A DNA stretch of 64,000 bases from positions 24,896 to 88,895 of IMG/VR virus record IMGVR_UViG_3300045988_122383. One strand, given 5' to 3'. The notes beneath the pieces were generated by a model. It worked only from the letters and a program-made list of their open reading frames with translations, had not been told where the DNA came from and made no database searches. Of the stretch, positions 54,331-63,895 are shown piece after piece. Position 1 is the stretch's first letter. Every line of letters starts with the position of its first letter. The position numbers and the translations under genes are program-made. Origin of the DNA: a virus.

Positions 54331-54501
54331 CTATCTTCCGTTCCAAAGATCGGAAAAGAACTTATAAATCCCATACAGAATAGCAACAAATGCTATAATC
54401 ATTAAAATTCCATAACCACCACCTAAGATAGCTCCTAACATATATTCCAAAGTGTCCTCTGGAACGATAAATATAATTATTAATAATAAAACCAACGGCA
54501 T
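54331..54501 (-). CDS. Small membrane protein of about 56 aa, below the track cutoff.
   Basis: ATG at 54501 with an AAGGAG ribosome-binding site; MPLVLLLIIIFIVPEDTLEYMLGAILGGGYGILMIIAFVAILYGIYKFF... Confidence 0.35.
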   Translation of the reverse strand: MPLVLLLIIIFIVPEDTLEYMLGAILGGGYGILMIIAFVAILYGIYKFFSDLWNGR

Positions 54502-54609
54502 AATTTACTCTCCTTTGTTCCATTCTTTAAGTTTTTCTGATCATCTGGTATCTCAACCAATATGTATATATTATCATTTTCTCTGACTGTAGTACACAAT
54601 CCTTGAAAA

Positions 54610-54804
54610 TTACACTTCACTTTCCTCTACCTCACTTGCGAATAACTCATACTCATAGTCGTAGCCACCGCCATCACAAGGAATATCAATATCTCCTGTA
54701 TTAATCTTTTCCGCTACAATATTTCTTGCTTCATTCTCTGTTTCTGCTTTGATTTCCACTGATCTCTTATATGTTTCTACAACATCTATTATGTATTTTT
54801 TCAT
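54610..54804 (-). CDS. Small hypothetical protein.
   Basis: Start moved to the ATG at 54804, using the GGATGGAAATTTAC-ATG context. Confidence 0.4.
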   Translation of the reverse strand: MKKYIIDVVETYKRSVEIKAETENEARNIVAEKINTGDIDIPCDGGGYDYEYELFASEVEESEV

Positions 54805-54843
54805 GTAAATTTCCATCCTTCCTACAATAAAATTGACATTTAA

Positions 54844-55377
54844 TTAGTTAATAGATCCATCTGCGTTGACAAGTTTGTTTTCCATTTCTGCATTATCATC
54901 TGCAATATTCTGTAATACATGGAACAGCGGATCATCTATCATAGATAAATTTCCAATACTTTTAGTCAGCATTTCCATATCCTCTCTGTAGTCATCAACA
55001 GAGCTATCATAATCCATATCTAAAGACATATTAAATAAAATATTTGCAATTCTCTCTTCTTCTGATCCGCTAATAAGACTTATAACATTATCAATGTCAT
55101 AACATTCTGTAATATAAGGATAACACTTTTCTTTCCATACAAAAGACGTTTCATATGGTGTTACATGACTATGCGAATCTACAATATCGCATATATAACC
55201 TTCTTTTTCCAATACACCTGCCCAAACTGGAATGTCAGTATTGTTTGTATATGCTTTACAGCTTTCTACTTCTAACGCTTTCAATCTTTCCACAGGTGCG
55301 TTTGTTCTAAAAATAACTAACTCTCCATCCATTCCAGGACTATCAGATAAAGTAATTAATCTTGTTTTATTTTCCAT
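54844..55377 (-). CDS. Hypothetical protein.
   Basis: ORF of 177 aa. Confidence 0.45.
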   Translation of the reverse strand: MENKTRLITLSDSPGMDGELVIFRTNAPVERLKALEVESCKAYTNNTDIPVWAGVLEKEGYICDIVDSHSHVTPYETSFVWKEKCYPYITECYDIDNVISLISGSEEERIANILFNMSLDMDYDSSVDDYREDMEMLTKSIGNLSMIDDPLFHVLQNIADDNAEMENKLVNADGSIN

Positions 55378-55414
55378 TGTTCGTCACTCCTATTCATATG
55401 ATAAAACTTTTCTT

Positions 55415-55897
55415 TTACATAAATCCATGTGCTAACCGATAGGCTATATCTTCATCTACTGGTAACGGATTATATATATCTTTTGCATTTGGATTAGGTC
55501 TATATACATGAAGAATATTCCCATCGTTCAAAATGTATCCTGTAACAAGTCTACCATTAGATAATAACGTAATTGATTTTGCTCCTTTTGGTATTTCATC
55601 TAAGCTCCAAAATGAATTACTATCATCAATGTCAATATTGACTGAATATCTTTTCCATGTACCACACTCTTTGTTTAAGGCTTCTTTTTCTTCTTCTAAA
55701 CTAATTTCTACACCACAATATTCACACCATTTTTTAAATGCTTCATCTGTAGGAAATTCCGCAAAATACCACATCCAATCTCGATGTACAATAACTTTTG
55801 ATCTATGAAAAGGTCTCCAATCTGTTTTATCTCTATCTTTCCATATTGTATCTGCGTTATCTACTACCGTTACATACATTTCCTTCTTACTATACAT
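55415..55897 (-). CDS. Hypothetical protein.
   Basis: Start moved to ATG 55897, with GAGGTGGAAATT-ATG. Confidence 0.45.
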   Translation of the reverse strand: MYSKKEMYVTVVDNADTIWKDRDKTDWRPFHRSKVIVHRDWMWYFAEFPTDEAFKKWCEYCGVEISLEEEKEALNKECGTWKRYSVNIDIDDSNSFWSLDEIPKGAKSITLLSNGRLVTGYILNDGNILHVYRPNPNAKDIYNPLPVDEDIAYRLAHGFM

Positions 55898-55936
55898 AAT
55901 TTCCACCTCTATTCTTTCTTCCAAATCTGCATTTTA

Positions 55937-56224
55937 TTATCCGACCAGTTCTAAGTATCCAGCTTTCACAAGATCTTCTTTTTGTGATAGTGGTTGCGGT
56001 ACATACTGCATACCCTTTTCTCGATCATAGTCGTAATACCACACTCCGTACTCTTCAATCGGTTCCAGTATATGAATTGCAAGGCTAACTTCCATCACGT
56101 TAACTGCATCAACGCAAGCGTTCTTCATATCTTCTAAGCTACATAATGTGTCATATTGTGGTTTTAATTTTTCCACAAAGTCCTCAAAATCTAATCTTTC
56201 GTACTCTTCTTTACTAACTTTCAT
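55937..56224 (-). CDS. Hypothetical protein.
   Basis: ORF of 95 aa. Confidence 0.4.
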   Translation of the reverse strand: MKVSKEEYERLDFEDFVEKLKPQYDTLCSLEDMKNACVDAVNVMEVSLAIHILEPIEEYGVWYYDYDREKGMQYVPQPLSQKEDLVKAGYLELVG

Positions 56225-56315
56225 TCGTTCTTACCTCGTTTCTTTCCATCAAAAAAGGAAGATACATTTCTGCATCTTCCTAGATTACTTTGTTTTTATT
56301 TAATTTTCCGTTAGT

Positions 56316-56594
56316 CTATAAACAATAATTAATCAAATATTCTTTTCCATTATATTCTACAAAACTATATCCACTCATCGGTTTTTTAGTTTCAAGCATC
56401 TTCTTATATGCTTCAATTCCTTCCTTGTCTTCTTGCCAATCTTCCATAAACTGACCAAAATGTTCTGTAAAATCTTTCAATTCATATACTACTGTGCTAT
56501 TTTTTAACAATCGTTCCGCTTCTTTTCGTGTACAACGATCTTCCATTAAAATTTCCACATTCTTTTCAAATTCTTTTCTTTCATAATCAAACAT
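56316..56594 (-). CDS. Hypothetical protein.
   Basis: ORF of 92 aa. Confidence 0.4.
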   Translation of the reverse strand: MFDYERKEFEKNVEILMEDRCTRKEAERLLKNSTVVYELKDFTEHFGQFMEDWQEDKEGIEAYKKMLETKKPMSGYSFVEYNGKEYLINYCL

Positions 56595-56604
56595 AATTTA
56601 CCAC

Positions 56605-57357
56605 CTACATTCCCTTCTTGATCATATTTTCCGCTACTATTCTAACCAACCATGAATATTTCCAGTGCATATTAAGGTAGTCATTATAAGCATTTCTGAT
56701 AATCTCATCTGCCCTATCTTTATCATAATTTTCTTGAGTCCATTCAACGTCCCACTTTTCTGCATCGGTTGATAATAGCCAATCTTCAAAATCCATTGCA
56801 TGATCACGATTATCTTTAATATCTGCGACAGCTTTTTCCATATCATCATCCATGATTTTTACTATAAGATTTCCGTTGTCGTCAACAATATTCCACCATT
56901 CTTCTTCAAATTTTCCGTAATAATCACGTTGTACTAGTATCTTGATCTTGTCGTATTTTTTCCAATCGTACTTAGTGCTTGTCACACATAAACTTCCGTC
57001 AGAACTCTTCCCGTAGTACCAATCACAGTTATATTGATTTAATTTGATTGTATAACCATGATAAGTGATTTTTGTAAATCCATCAGGCATTTCAGGAATC
57101 TTATGGATCTCAAAGCACTCAGGATATTTAATATATTCAAATAAAAGTGTTTCGATTGTGTTTCCATATTCCATAACATCAAAGTGATCAATTCCACTCA
57201 TAATATCATCATTAAGGTTTTCATAATCATTCTCGCTATACCCATACTTCATCATAAGATTACTTAGATAATCAAAGTTCTTGAACTCTTCATTCTCATA
57301 AAGCACCGTTTTCTTTCCAGTAGATTGTTCTGTCATAATAAGTTCTTTGTACTTCAT
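56605..57357 (-). CDS. Hypothetical protein.
   Basis: Start moved to ATG 57357, with GGTGGAAATT-ATG. Confidence 0.45.
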   Translation of the reverse strand: MKYKELIMTEQSTGKKTVLYENEEFKNFDYLSNLMMKYGYSENDYENLNDDIMSGIDHFDVMEYGNTIETLLFEYIKYPECFEIHKIPEMPDGFTKITYHGYTIKLNQYNCDWYYGKSSDGSLCVTSTKYDWKKYDKIKILVQRDYYGKFEEEWWNIVDDNGNLIVKIMDDDMEKAVADIKDNRDHAMDFEDWLLSTDAEKWDVEWTQENYDKDRADEIIRNAYNDYLNMHWKYSWLVRIVAENMIKKGM

Positions 57358-57452
57358 AATTTCCACCATCCTTTTTAGGAACTGACTGCCTTGCGGTCAG
57401 ATTTTAAGTTAACTGTTCTCTTATATTATACACGATAATTTCCATCGTGTGA

Positions 57453-57510
57453 AGTGGCGGAGTGGAAATTGAACCCACCGATAAAAGCACTCTTTTATCT
57501 ACCATACGCC
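57453..57510 (-). ncRNA. tRNA-like mini-structure (acceptor-like stem, 8-bp hairpin, T-arm-like GTGGG-TTCAATT-TCCAC) that lacks a D arm. It is not a canonical tRNA.
   Basis: Read from the sequence. Flanked by three TTTCCGTT direct repeats spaced about 41 bp apart (57521..57612). Confidence 0.2.
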
Positions 57511-57664
57511 ACCGTTTTTCCGTTCCAATACGTCACTACTAGCAATCAGTAGTACAGTCTTTCCGTTCATTTAAAGTAACTATTAGCTTCAATAGTCCAG
57601 TATTTCCGTTAGGGTGTATACTCATATCATCATGAGTAGTAAAAGCCTTTAATTGGCTATGTAA

Positions 57665-57907
57665 CTAAATAAGTTTTGACGGATCTTCTTTTAAAATTTC
57701 CGTCATGCCATTAATTGCTTCTTCTTGCGTTTTATATTTCTGAAAAATTCCGAACGTGTTCTTGAATAGCAAGAAATATTTATAACCATGTAAGCTATCA
57801 TCAATTCCAGCGTTCGGAGGATTTTCCGTGTAGTACAGTGTGTTGTACTTTCGTTCAATGTGACACGCTAATGCTTCCATAGTCGTTCTGCGACTCATTC
57901 TTTCCAC
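57665..57907 (-). CDS. Hypothetical protein.
   Basis: ORF of 80 aa. Confidence 0.4.
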   Translation of the reverse strand: MERMSRRTTMEALACHIERKYNTLYYTENPPNAGIDDSLHGYKYFLLFKNTFGIFQKYKTQEEAINGMTEILKEDPSKLI

Positions 57908-57914
57908 CTACTTT

Positions 57915-58091
57915 CTATTTATAATAAACATCTACGTTGTTCTTATCATCGTGTGACCAACTAGATCCAACGTATTTTCCACTGTTACCGCAATCTTCAA
58001 GATCGTATTCACAACATAAGTCGTTATACTCGTCAGGTGTATCACAGAAAATTTCCGTTCTACCGTCAGGATATTCATTTCTTACTATCAT
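57915..58091 (-). CDS. Small hypothetical protein.
   Basis: Start moved to the ATG after GGTGGAAATT. Confidence 0.35.
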   Translation of the reverse strand: MIVRNEYPDGRTEIFCDTPDEYNDLCCEYDLEDCGNSGKYVGSSWSHDDKNNVDVYYK

Positions 58092-58107
58092 AATTTCCAC
58101 CTTCCTT

Positions 58108-58380
58108 CTATAATCTTTCCATCAGTTCTACAGCTAAGATATATGCTACATATTTCCACACGTTCACATATCCGTTCAGATCTTCTAACTTACATTGTAA
58201 AGCTGTATGAATCATTCCATCGCAGAACCCTTTGCTTTTAAGTTCTGCGATAAGATCTTTCTTTGCGATCGGTGGCAAGGCTGCGACTTTGATTTTTCCA
58301 ATATCAAAAGTGTTACGTTCTTCCTTTTCGATTGTCTGTATCACTACCATGTTTGTTTTTGTCATCTTTAAAATTTCCAT
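58108..58380 (-). CDS. Hypothetical protein.
   Basis: Start moved to ATG 58380 (AAGGAG ribosome-binding site). Confidence 0.4.
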   Translation of the reverse strand: MEILKMTKTNMVVIQTIEKEERNTFDIGKIKVAALPPIAKKDLIAELKSKGFCDGMIHTALQCKLEDLNGYVNVWKYVAYILAVELMERL

Positions 58381-58402
58381 TTGATATACACTCCTTTGCT
58401 TT

Positions 58403-58741
58403 TTAATTTTCTTTATTTTTCCATTCTTTAGAACAACGAAACACAAAATAAAATGACGTTCCATAGTCCTCGATAGAATCTTCTGTTCTTGTCAATCCAT
58501 AATTTCCAGCAACCTTGACAACATTGTTTACAACTTCTTTCCGTGCTTTAAAATAATTTTCTAAAGTAATTGAAATATCGTATGTTGCTAAGATAATAAC
58601 TTGATATATGTTGCTATAAAATCCATCAAGATCAAATTCTATCTTTTCAACTCTGTCAATTTGTAAGAGTTCTTTTTCCAATGCTTGACATTTATTTAAA
58701 ATGCCGAACTTCTGTGCCGTCTTTAATTCTCTTTCTTTCAT
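58403..58741 (-). CDS. Hypothetical protein.
   Basis: ORF of 112 aa. Confidence 0.4.
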   Translation of the reverse strand: MKERELKTAQKFGILNKCQALEKELLQIDRVEKIEFDLDGFYSNIYQVIILATYDISITLENYFKARKEVVNNVVKVAGNYGLTRTEDSIEDYGTSFYFVFRCSKEWKNKEN

Positions 58742-58758
58742 CTTCCAACACTCCTATT

Positions 58759-59070
58759 CTATGCCGTTTCTAATTCTTCTTTCTCATACTCTTCACGATC
58801 CTTATAATAAGCATCATAGAGTTCTTTATATTTCTCATAGCTGTCTGTCATGTACAGTTCGTTGACACTAGACCATTCATTCAAGCCCTTTTCTAAGATC
58901 ATCACGTACTTTCTTAGTTTGACTCTGCCCCATCTCATGTTACTATTTCCAATATCAAAGAAATAGTTATCCAGCATACAACCTTCAAAACTATCTTCTA
59001 AGTAATTATTTAAAGTCGTGCAAAACATTTCTACTGTATCACTATCAATAATCGTTCTATAATCTTTCAT
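58759..59070 (-). CDS. Hypothetical protein.
   Basis: Start moved to ATG 59070 (AGGTGTGGAAATT-ATG). Confidence 0.4.
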   Translation of the reverse strand: MKDYRTIIDSDTVEMFCTTLNNYLEDSFEGCMLDNYFFDIGNSNMRWGRVKLRKYVMILEKGLNEWSSVNELYMTDSYEKYKELYDAYYKDREEYEKEELETA

Positions 59071-59088
59071 AATTTCCACACCTTCTTT

Positions 59089-59697
59089 CTATCTGATTTT
59101 TCCATTGTCTGCCACGGCTTCTACATCATCACAGTAGCTATTGCAAGGATTCCATATGCAATAACTTGTTACGTGTTTGCCCTTGCGTACACGCTTGTTA
59201 TACGCAATGTAGTAGTTTTTTCCATATGTTCCATGCTTACCACCAGCAGAAACACTTTTAATAATTTCCACATAAATTGTATGCCGTGTGGCACGTTCAC
59301 GGATCATTTTAGGCGTTAGTTTTCCAGTGCTGATATACTTTACCTTATAGGCGTTTAGATCGTAATTTCTACGTATATAATCGTTTACAAGCTGGATATT
59401 TTTATTCTTTGCTGTGATCTTTGCAATACTATCATCGAGCTTGTTTCTAGTGCCGTGAGTATTGAATTTTACAGTTACAACGGTAGTCTCTGGATAGGCA
59501 TATGATTCCTTGCGTACTTTCCAGCAATAGCCATCTGCCGTATCAATTGTGCCGTCACTGTTATAAATGCCGTTTATCGTTCTGTACGTGCTTCTTTTTG
59601 TCTTTGCGTGTACAGTATTTCCAAAGATTAAAAAAGCCGTAAACATGAGTGCTACGGCTAATAAGATCTTAATTGTTTTGTTCTGTTTTGTTCTCAT
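59089..59697 (-). CDS. Secreted or membrane-anchored hypothetical protein.
   Basis: Probable start MRTKQNKTIKILLAVALMFTAFLIFGNTVHA (signal peptide). The body is basic and Tyr-rich. Confidence 0.45.
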   Translation of the reverse strand: MRTKQNKTIKILLAVALMFTAFLIFGNTVHAKTKRSTYRTINGIYNSDGTIDTADGYCWKVRKESYAYPETTVVTVKFNTHGTRNKLDDSIAKITAKNKNIQLVNDYIRRNYDLNAYKVKYISTGKLTPKMIRERATRHTIYVEIIKSVSAGGKHGTYGKNYYIAYNKRVRKGKHVTSYCIWNPCNSYCDDVEAVADNGKIR

Positions 59698-59716
59698 TGT
59701 GTTTTTACCTTCTTTC

Positions 59717-60118
59717 TTAATATTCAAAATTCGGAAATAGTTCGTATAAATCTTCTTCATCTATGTATTTTCCATTAATTGTGATACTAACGGCATAGGA
59801 TACAAAATATTTTCCATTATCATCTTCTAAACCATCATCATCTTCTTGTTTCCAAAAAGAAAAGCAACTACCACAAATACAAATATCTTTTGCTTCTAAA
59901 TTGTTAATAAAATGCTGATTGATTTCATTAAGAACGAATTGTTCAAAATTGAAATTTTCCGCTTTTGCCAATGTGGATTTTCCCGTTAACCAGTCTGCAT
60001 CTTTTCCACGTAAAGGATCAATAAGTTCTCCGTGTTCATTCTCTTGAAATATGTCGGCAGAAATCCCATGCAATTTAATTGTGTCAAGTTCTCTATATTT
60101 TTCAAAATTCATAATCAT
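59717..60118 (-). CDS. Hypothetical protein.
   Basis: ORF of 133 aa. Confidence 0.45.
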   Translation of the reverse strand: MIMNFEKYRELDTIKLHGISADIFQENEHGELIDPLRGKDADWLTGKSTLAKAENFNFEQFVLNEINQHFINNLEAKDICICGSCFSFWKQEDDDGLEDDNGKYFVSYAVSITINGKYIDEEDLYELFPNFEY

Positions 60119-60130
60119 TTACCTTCTTTC

Positions 60131-60322
60131 TTATTTTGTATCTGTATCATCATCAAAAAATCCAACGCAAGCAAGCATATAGACAGCGGTAATCATTACC
60201 AACAACGCTTCTAATATAAAGGCTTGCGGGATCTTGATAAACGTAATAATAGCCATTGCGATTCCTACAAGTGCAATGACTATATCTATCGGTTGTGGTT
60301 TATGTAATTGTATTTTTTCCAT
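60131..60322 (-). CDS. Small membrane protein.
   Basis: 63 aa; IVIALVGIAMAIITFI and LLVMITAVYMLACVGFF. Confidence 0.4.
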   Translation of the reverse strand: MEKIQLHKPQPIDIVIALVGIAMAIITFIKIPQAFILEALLVMITAVYMLACVGFFDDDTDTK

Positions 60323-60337
60323 TGTTCTTTCCTCCTC

Positions 60338-60589
60338 CTACTCGTCAACTCTTTCTATCATAAAATTACCACCGTGATATAAGTTGAGTCCGTGATTTCC
60401 ACCAGTGATATATGCATCATCAGTGATCCCATCACGTTCTATATCTTCATCTGTAATGAATACACCCATATTTCCATCAGATTCTAGTTGATCGATCGCA
60501 AGATCTAAGATTGCATCATAATCCGTTGTAGGTTCGTCAACTGTTACAAGTTCGCTAAAATAACCGAAAATCACTCTGTATTTTGTCAT
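60338..60589 (-). CDS. Hypothetical protein.
   Basis: ORF of 83 aa. Confidence 0.4.
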   Translation of the reverse strand: MTKYRVIFGYFSELVTVDEPTTDYDAILDLAIDQLESDGNMGVFITDEDIERDGITDDAYITGGNHGLNLYHGGNFMIERVDE

Positions 60590-60632
60590 ATCTTTCCTTC
60601 TTTCTGCCCTTTACGGGACTTTCTTTTTTTAT

Positions 60633-60661
60633 AAGTTCAACAAAATAGACAAGCCGTGTTT
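60633..60661 (-). terminator. Rho-independent terminator.
   Basis: 9-bp stem ATAGACAAG / CTTGTCTAT followed by TTTGTTG on the minus strand. Confidence 0.45.
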
Positions 60662-60683
60662 TGACTTGTCTATAATATTCGAC

Positions 60684-61037
60684 TTATAAAAACTGTATTA
60701 AGTCAATTGTATCTGTTAGGTTGGTTAGTTTTTCGTGTTCCACGTTCTCAAGTTCTTTTTCAGTGTCTACCCAACTAATGCCGTCAAAAACCTTTGTACA
60801 TTCTTGTAAGATATATTCTTTGTAGAGTGCTGGAAGTTCTGCGACTGTCAAGTGCATTTTGTCCTTTATACTGAATGGATATAAAAGACTTCTTTTTAGT
60901 AAGTCATACATCCATGAATCAAAAGTAGATCCATTTTCCTTATCTTGCGACTTGTCAAAAAGTTCTACAAGTTGTTCTTTGGAAAAAACTTCTATTTCAT
61001 CGGATTCAATTGACAAGTAAAAGTTTTCTATTTTCAT
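60684..61037 (-). CDS. Hypothetical protein.
   Basis: ORF of 117 aa. Confidence 0.45.
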   Translation of the reverse strand: MKIENFYLSIESDEIEVFSKEQLVELFDKSQDKENGSTFDSWMYDLLKRSLLYPFSIKDKMHLTVAELPALYKEYILQECTKVFDGISWVDTEKELENVEHEKLTNLTDTIDLIQFL

Positions 61038-61052
61038 TTTAAAACACTCCTT

Positions 61053-61268
61053 TTATTTAATATCGTTTAGTGTATATGGTTTATCGTTAATATAATCTTG
61101 TGATTCTAACCCTTCTTTACAATTATGGTAATAATTTAACAACATTACTATTTCATGATCGGGTATACACATTTCATTATCGTCATGACCAAACCCTTTA
61201 ACAAAAATCCCGTTTGGCGTTTCTTTGATTGTAAATAAACTATCGTTGTTTGTATGTATTATTTTCAT
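61053..61268 (-). CDS. Hypothetical protein.
   Basis: ORF of 71 aa. Confidence 0.4.
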   Translation of the reverse strand: MKIIHTNNDSLFTIKETPNGIFVKGFGHDDNEMCIPDHEIVMLLNYYHNCKEGLESQDYINDKPYTLNDIK

Positions 61269-61281
61269 GATTAATAACCTC

Positions 61282-61680
61282 CTAAATAATAATATTACTT
61301 TCTTTTTTAAGTAGCTTTCTAAACTCCCTAAAGCAAAGATAATCCATTAAGTTTGCCGTTTCTTCCACGTCAACAACTTCTCTTCCAGTCCAGTCTTTCA
61401 TGATAATACTTGATACTCTTTCATCATCTTTGTATAGACAATAAATATCAGCACCAAAACCACGCAACCCCATGTGGAAATGTTTCCACTTTTCAAAGTT
61501 GGTGTATTTATCATAAATACCGCCGTTGATTTCATCTGTTATGATATTCCAGTAAGTAAGAAAAGGACTGTTTTCACAGTCCTTTTTATCATACTCGTGT
61601 GCTTCTAACCAATCTTTGATTGATTCCGTTAAATAGATTCTGATTTTTTTGTTGATTTCTTTGTTATATGTAATACTCAT
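61282..61680 (-). CDS. Hypothetical protein.
   Basis: ORF of 132 aa. Confidence 0.45.
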   Translation of the reverse strand: MSITYNKEINKKIRIYLTESIKDWLEAHEYDKKDCENSPFLTYWNIITDEINGGIYDKYTNFEKWKHFHMGLRGFGADIYCLYKDDERVSSIIMKDWTGREVVDVEETANLMDYLCFREFRKLLKKESNIII

Positions 61681-61700
61681 AATATACCTTCTTTCTAAAT

Positions 61701-62063
61701 CTAATTATAGAAAATAGCATGAACTAATTCTTGTATGCCTCCATTTGTTGTATCTTTTGCACCAATTAATGGATACCATGACACATAAAAAAGATCTAGT
61801 CCATAGATTTCTTTGAAAGTTTTTTGTAATCGTTTAAACCATTTACTTTCTCGTTCTTCACTCTTATGAGTGCTTACTCGATTATAAGTATTTTCATTGT
61901 TTGTAAGCATTAAATTCCTATTAGCTAATCCACACAAACGATAATAAGAATTCATTATTTTACGTGCTTCTTTATAATCCGCTGGTGTTGGGTTGCTAGT
62001 TTTATAACTAATTAATATATCTAGTTCTTTTTCTCTTCTTTCTGCGATTGTTAGTTTTTTCAT
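61701..62063 (-). CDS. Hypothetical protein.
   Basis: ORF of 120 aa. Confidence 0.45.
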   Translation of the reverse strand: MKKLTIAERREKELDILISYKTSNPTPADYKEARKIMNSYYRLCGLANRNLMLTNNENTYNRVSTHKSEERESKWFKRLQKTFKEIYGLDLFYVSWYPLIGAKDTTNGGIQELVHAIFYN

Positions 62064-62162
62064 AATAATATACCTTCTTTCTTAAGTTACCCTACATAAA
62101 AGCGGGATTTTAAATAGTTACAAATAAAAAAGACACAATCTTTTTTAGATCGTGCCTTTGGT

Positions 62163-62852
62163 TTACTGGTTACAATGGCAAGATACCCAACAATTCGGTT
62201 GATTGCAAGGGTGTAAACCTTTACCGCCGTTATTCTCCGGGCAATGTTCACAATTGCCAATGTTATTTTCAGAGTACATAAATTTTATATACTCATTTTG
62301 TGTAAAGCTAACACCATACACGTTTCTTGTATATGGGCTGTATGCTTTATATACTTCCAACATACCGTAGTAGGCTTTTACACCTACTCTACCGATATTT
62401 CTTTTTTCTGAAGGACTTAAAAATAAAGATCCTTCATTGTTTAATTTGTTTTCAAACAATCTTACAACTTTTGTGTTTTCACTTTCTTTTTCATGATTCT
62501 CAAAATAATCTAATGGCAAAGATTCAAATGCTGTATACATTTCAATATCGTATTCATGCGTTTCTTTCCCATATGCTTCTAGCTTCATGGAAATTGTATC
62601 ATCTAACCAATGACCAGCATTAAGACAATACTCTTTCTCATCATCATTTTCTAAGAAGAAATAAATTACAACTTGATTGTTTTTCATCAAAGGGATCTCA
62701 TAGATTTCTGCATTTGATGGAATATTAACCATGTCCATCAATGTTCTACAAAGATTTAACAGTTCTTTACCATCTTCTTCTGTGCGATCTAGTGCTGAAG
62801 GTGGGAAAGAACAGATTTTTTCAACAATTGGCATAAAATTATTTTTATTCAT
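62163..62852 (-). CDS. Hypothetical protein with a Cys/His-rich C-terminus.
   Basis: Start moved to ATG 62852 (GAAGGA ribosome-binding site). The C-terminus is CEHCPENNGGKGLHPCNQPNCWVSCHCNQ. Confidence 0.45.
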   Translation of the reverse strand: MNKNNFMPIVEKICSFPPSALDRTEEDGKELLNLCRTLMDMVNIPSNAEIYEIPLMKNNQVVIYFFLENDDEKEYCLNAGHWLDDTISMKLEAYGKETHEYDIEMYTAFESLPLDYFENHEKESENTKVVRLFENKLNNEGSLFLSPSEKRNIGRVGVKAYYGMLEVYKAYSPYTRNVYGVSFTQNEYIKFMYSENNIGNCEHCPENNGGKGLHPCNQPNCWVSCHCNQ

Positions 62853-63145
62853 AATTTCCTTCTTTCTACTTATCAGACTTGATAAGATTTTAAAATTTAA
62901 TAGTTCTATAATGCCGATTAAAGCGGTATGCAAGACAGTGAACAATGTTCATATAATTTGTATACAAATTACTAACTACTATGGTACAAGCCGTTGGCGT
63001 TCATTTATAAATACAAATATACTACTAATTGATATACTTGCCATTGTGCTATAATCAGCACTAACAACCATTAAAAAGTTGTTTAAAGTTTGAACCATGT
63101 CTTTTCTACTCTAAGACAAGAAAAGAGTTGCTACAATTTGTTACA

Positions 63146-63180
63146 AAAAACAGAGTATCAAAAAATGATACCCTTAAGTT
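63146..63180 (-). terminator. Rho-independent terminator on the minus strand, inside the long non-coding region.
   Basis: GGGTATCA-TTTTTT-GATACTC followed by TGTTTTTTGT. There is no annotated minus-strand CDS upstream of it. Confidence 0.4.
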
Positions 63181-63739
63181 TAGATCCGTTCAATGTTAAG
63201 TTGTTAACTTCACATATAACAAATATATGAAGGTTTGCCAGTCGTACCCTTTACCCGTTATCCTATGATTGCGGTTTATTCCCTACTCTGCCACACGGCG
63301 ATTACTCATCACGTTTACACCTTTTTATGGTGCTTCTATGTATACCCTGGAAGCTTTACCCTCCGTTATCTAGGGTATACAATCCTATCATGATAAAGGA
63401 CTGAAATCATTCAATTTTTCGCCGTTCGTGGGAGATTGTCAAAAGAATTATTGACAATAAAGAATAATATCTGATATACTTTAGTTGCGAAGTAAAGGTA
63501 TATCTTATATCTTTAAAGGCTTGCTGGAATCATCACGACTTTAGCAAGTCTTTTTTCTTTGCCTAAATAACCTATATCATCATAGGTAATGTGTTAAATT
63601 GTATAATTGTTTATTTTTTATCATCTCCTTTTATAAAGCTTAATTTACAAGCTGTAAGTTAATTGAGATTTTAAAACTCTGCGGATCAATCAAGATCGTT
63701 TGTTTTACTACTCTTTTAACTTGTCTTTATTATATCATG

Positions 63740-63895
63740 ACTAGTATTGTTATGTCAATACTTTTTTCAATTTTTTTGATTTACTTTTTTGAGTAAATCG
63801 TGATATAATAATATCAATCGGATTGGACTTGTATGTCTTATCCTTTTGACAGTTATAATTATACAATACTAGTATTGCTATGTCAATACTTTTTT
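63740..63895. promoter_or_regulatory. Two copies (63740..63767 and 63868..63895) of a 28-bp operator-like repeat ACTAGTATTG(T/C)TATGTCAATACTTTTTT, each holding the inverted repeat GTATTG-N6-CAATAC. Copy 2 overlaps a TTGACA-N17-TAGTAT promoter upstream of the rightward edge gene.
   Basis: Read from the sequence. An extended -10 promoter (TGATATAAT) lies between the two copies. Confidence 0.4.

Noticed and set aside
57453-57510. Possible canonical tRNA gene.
   Set aside because: An acceptor-like stem and a T-arm-like hairpin are present, but the D arm is absent and the total length is about 58 nt. It is kept only as a tRNA-like element.
63740-63895. CRISPR array.
   Set aside because: There are only two repeat copies with a 100-bp spacer and an internal palindrome typical of an operator. 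No cas genes are present, so it is not a CRISPR array.
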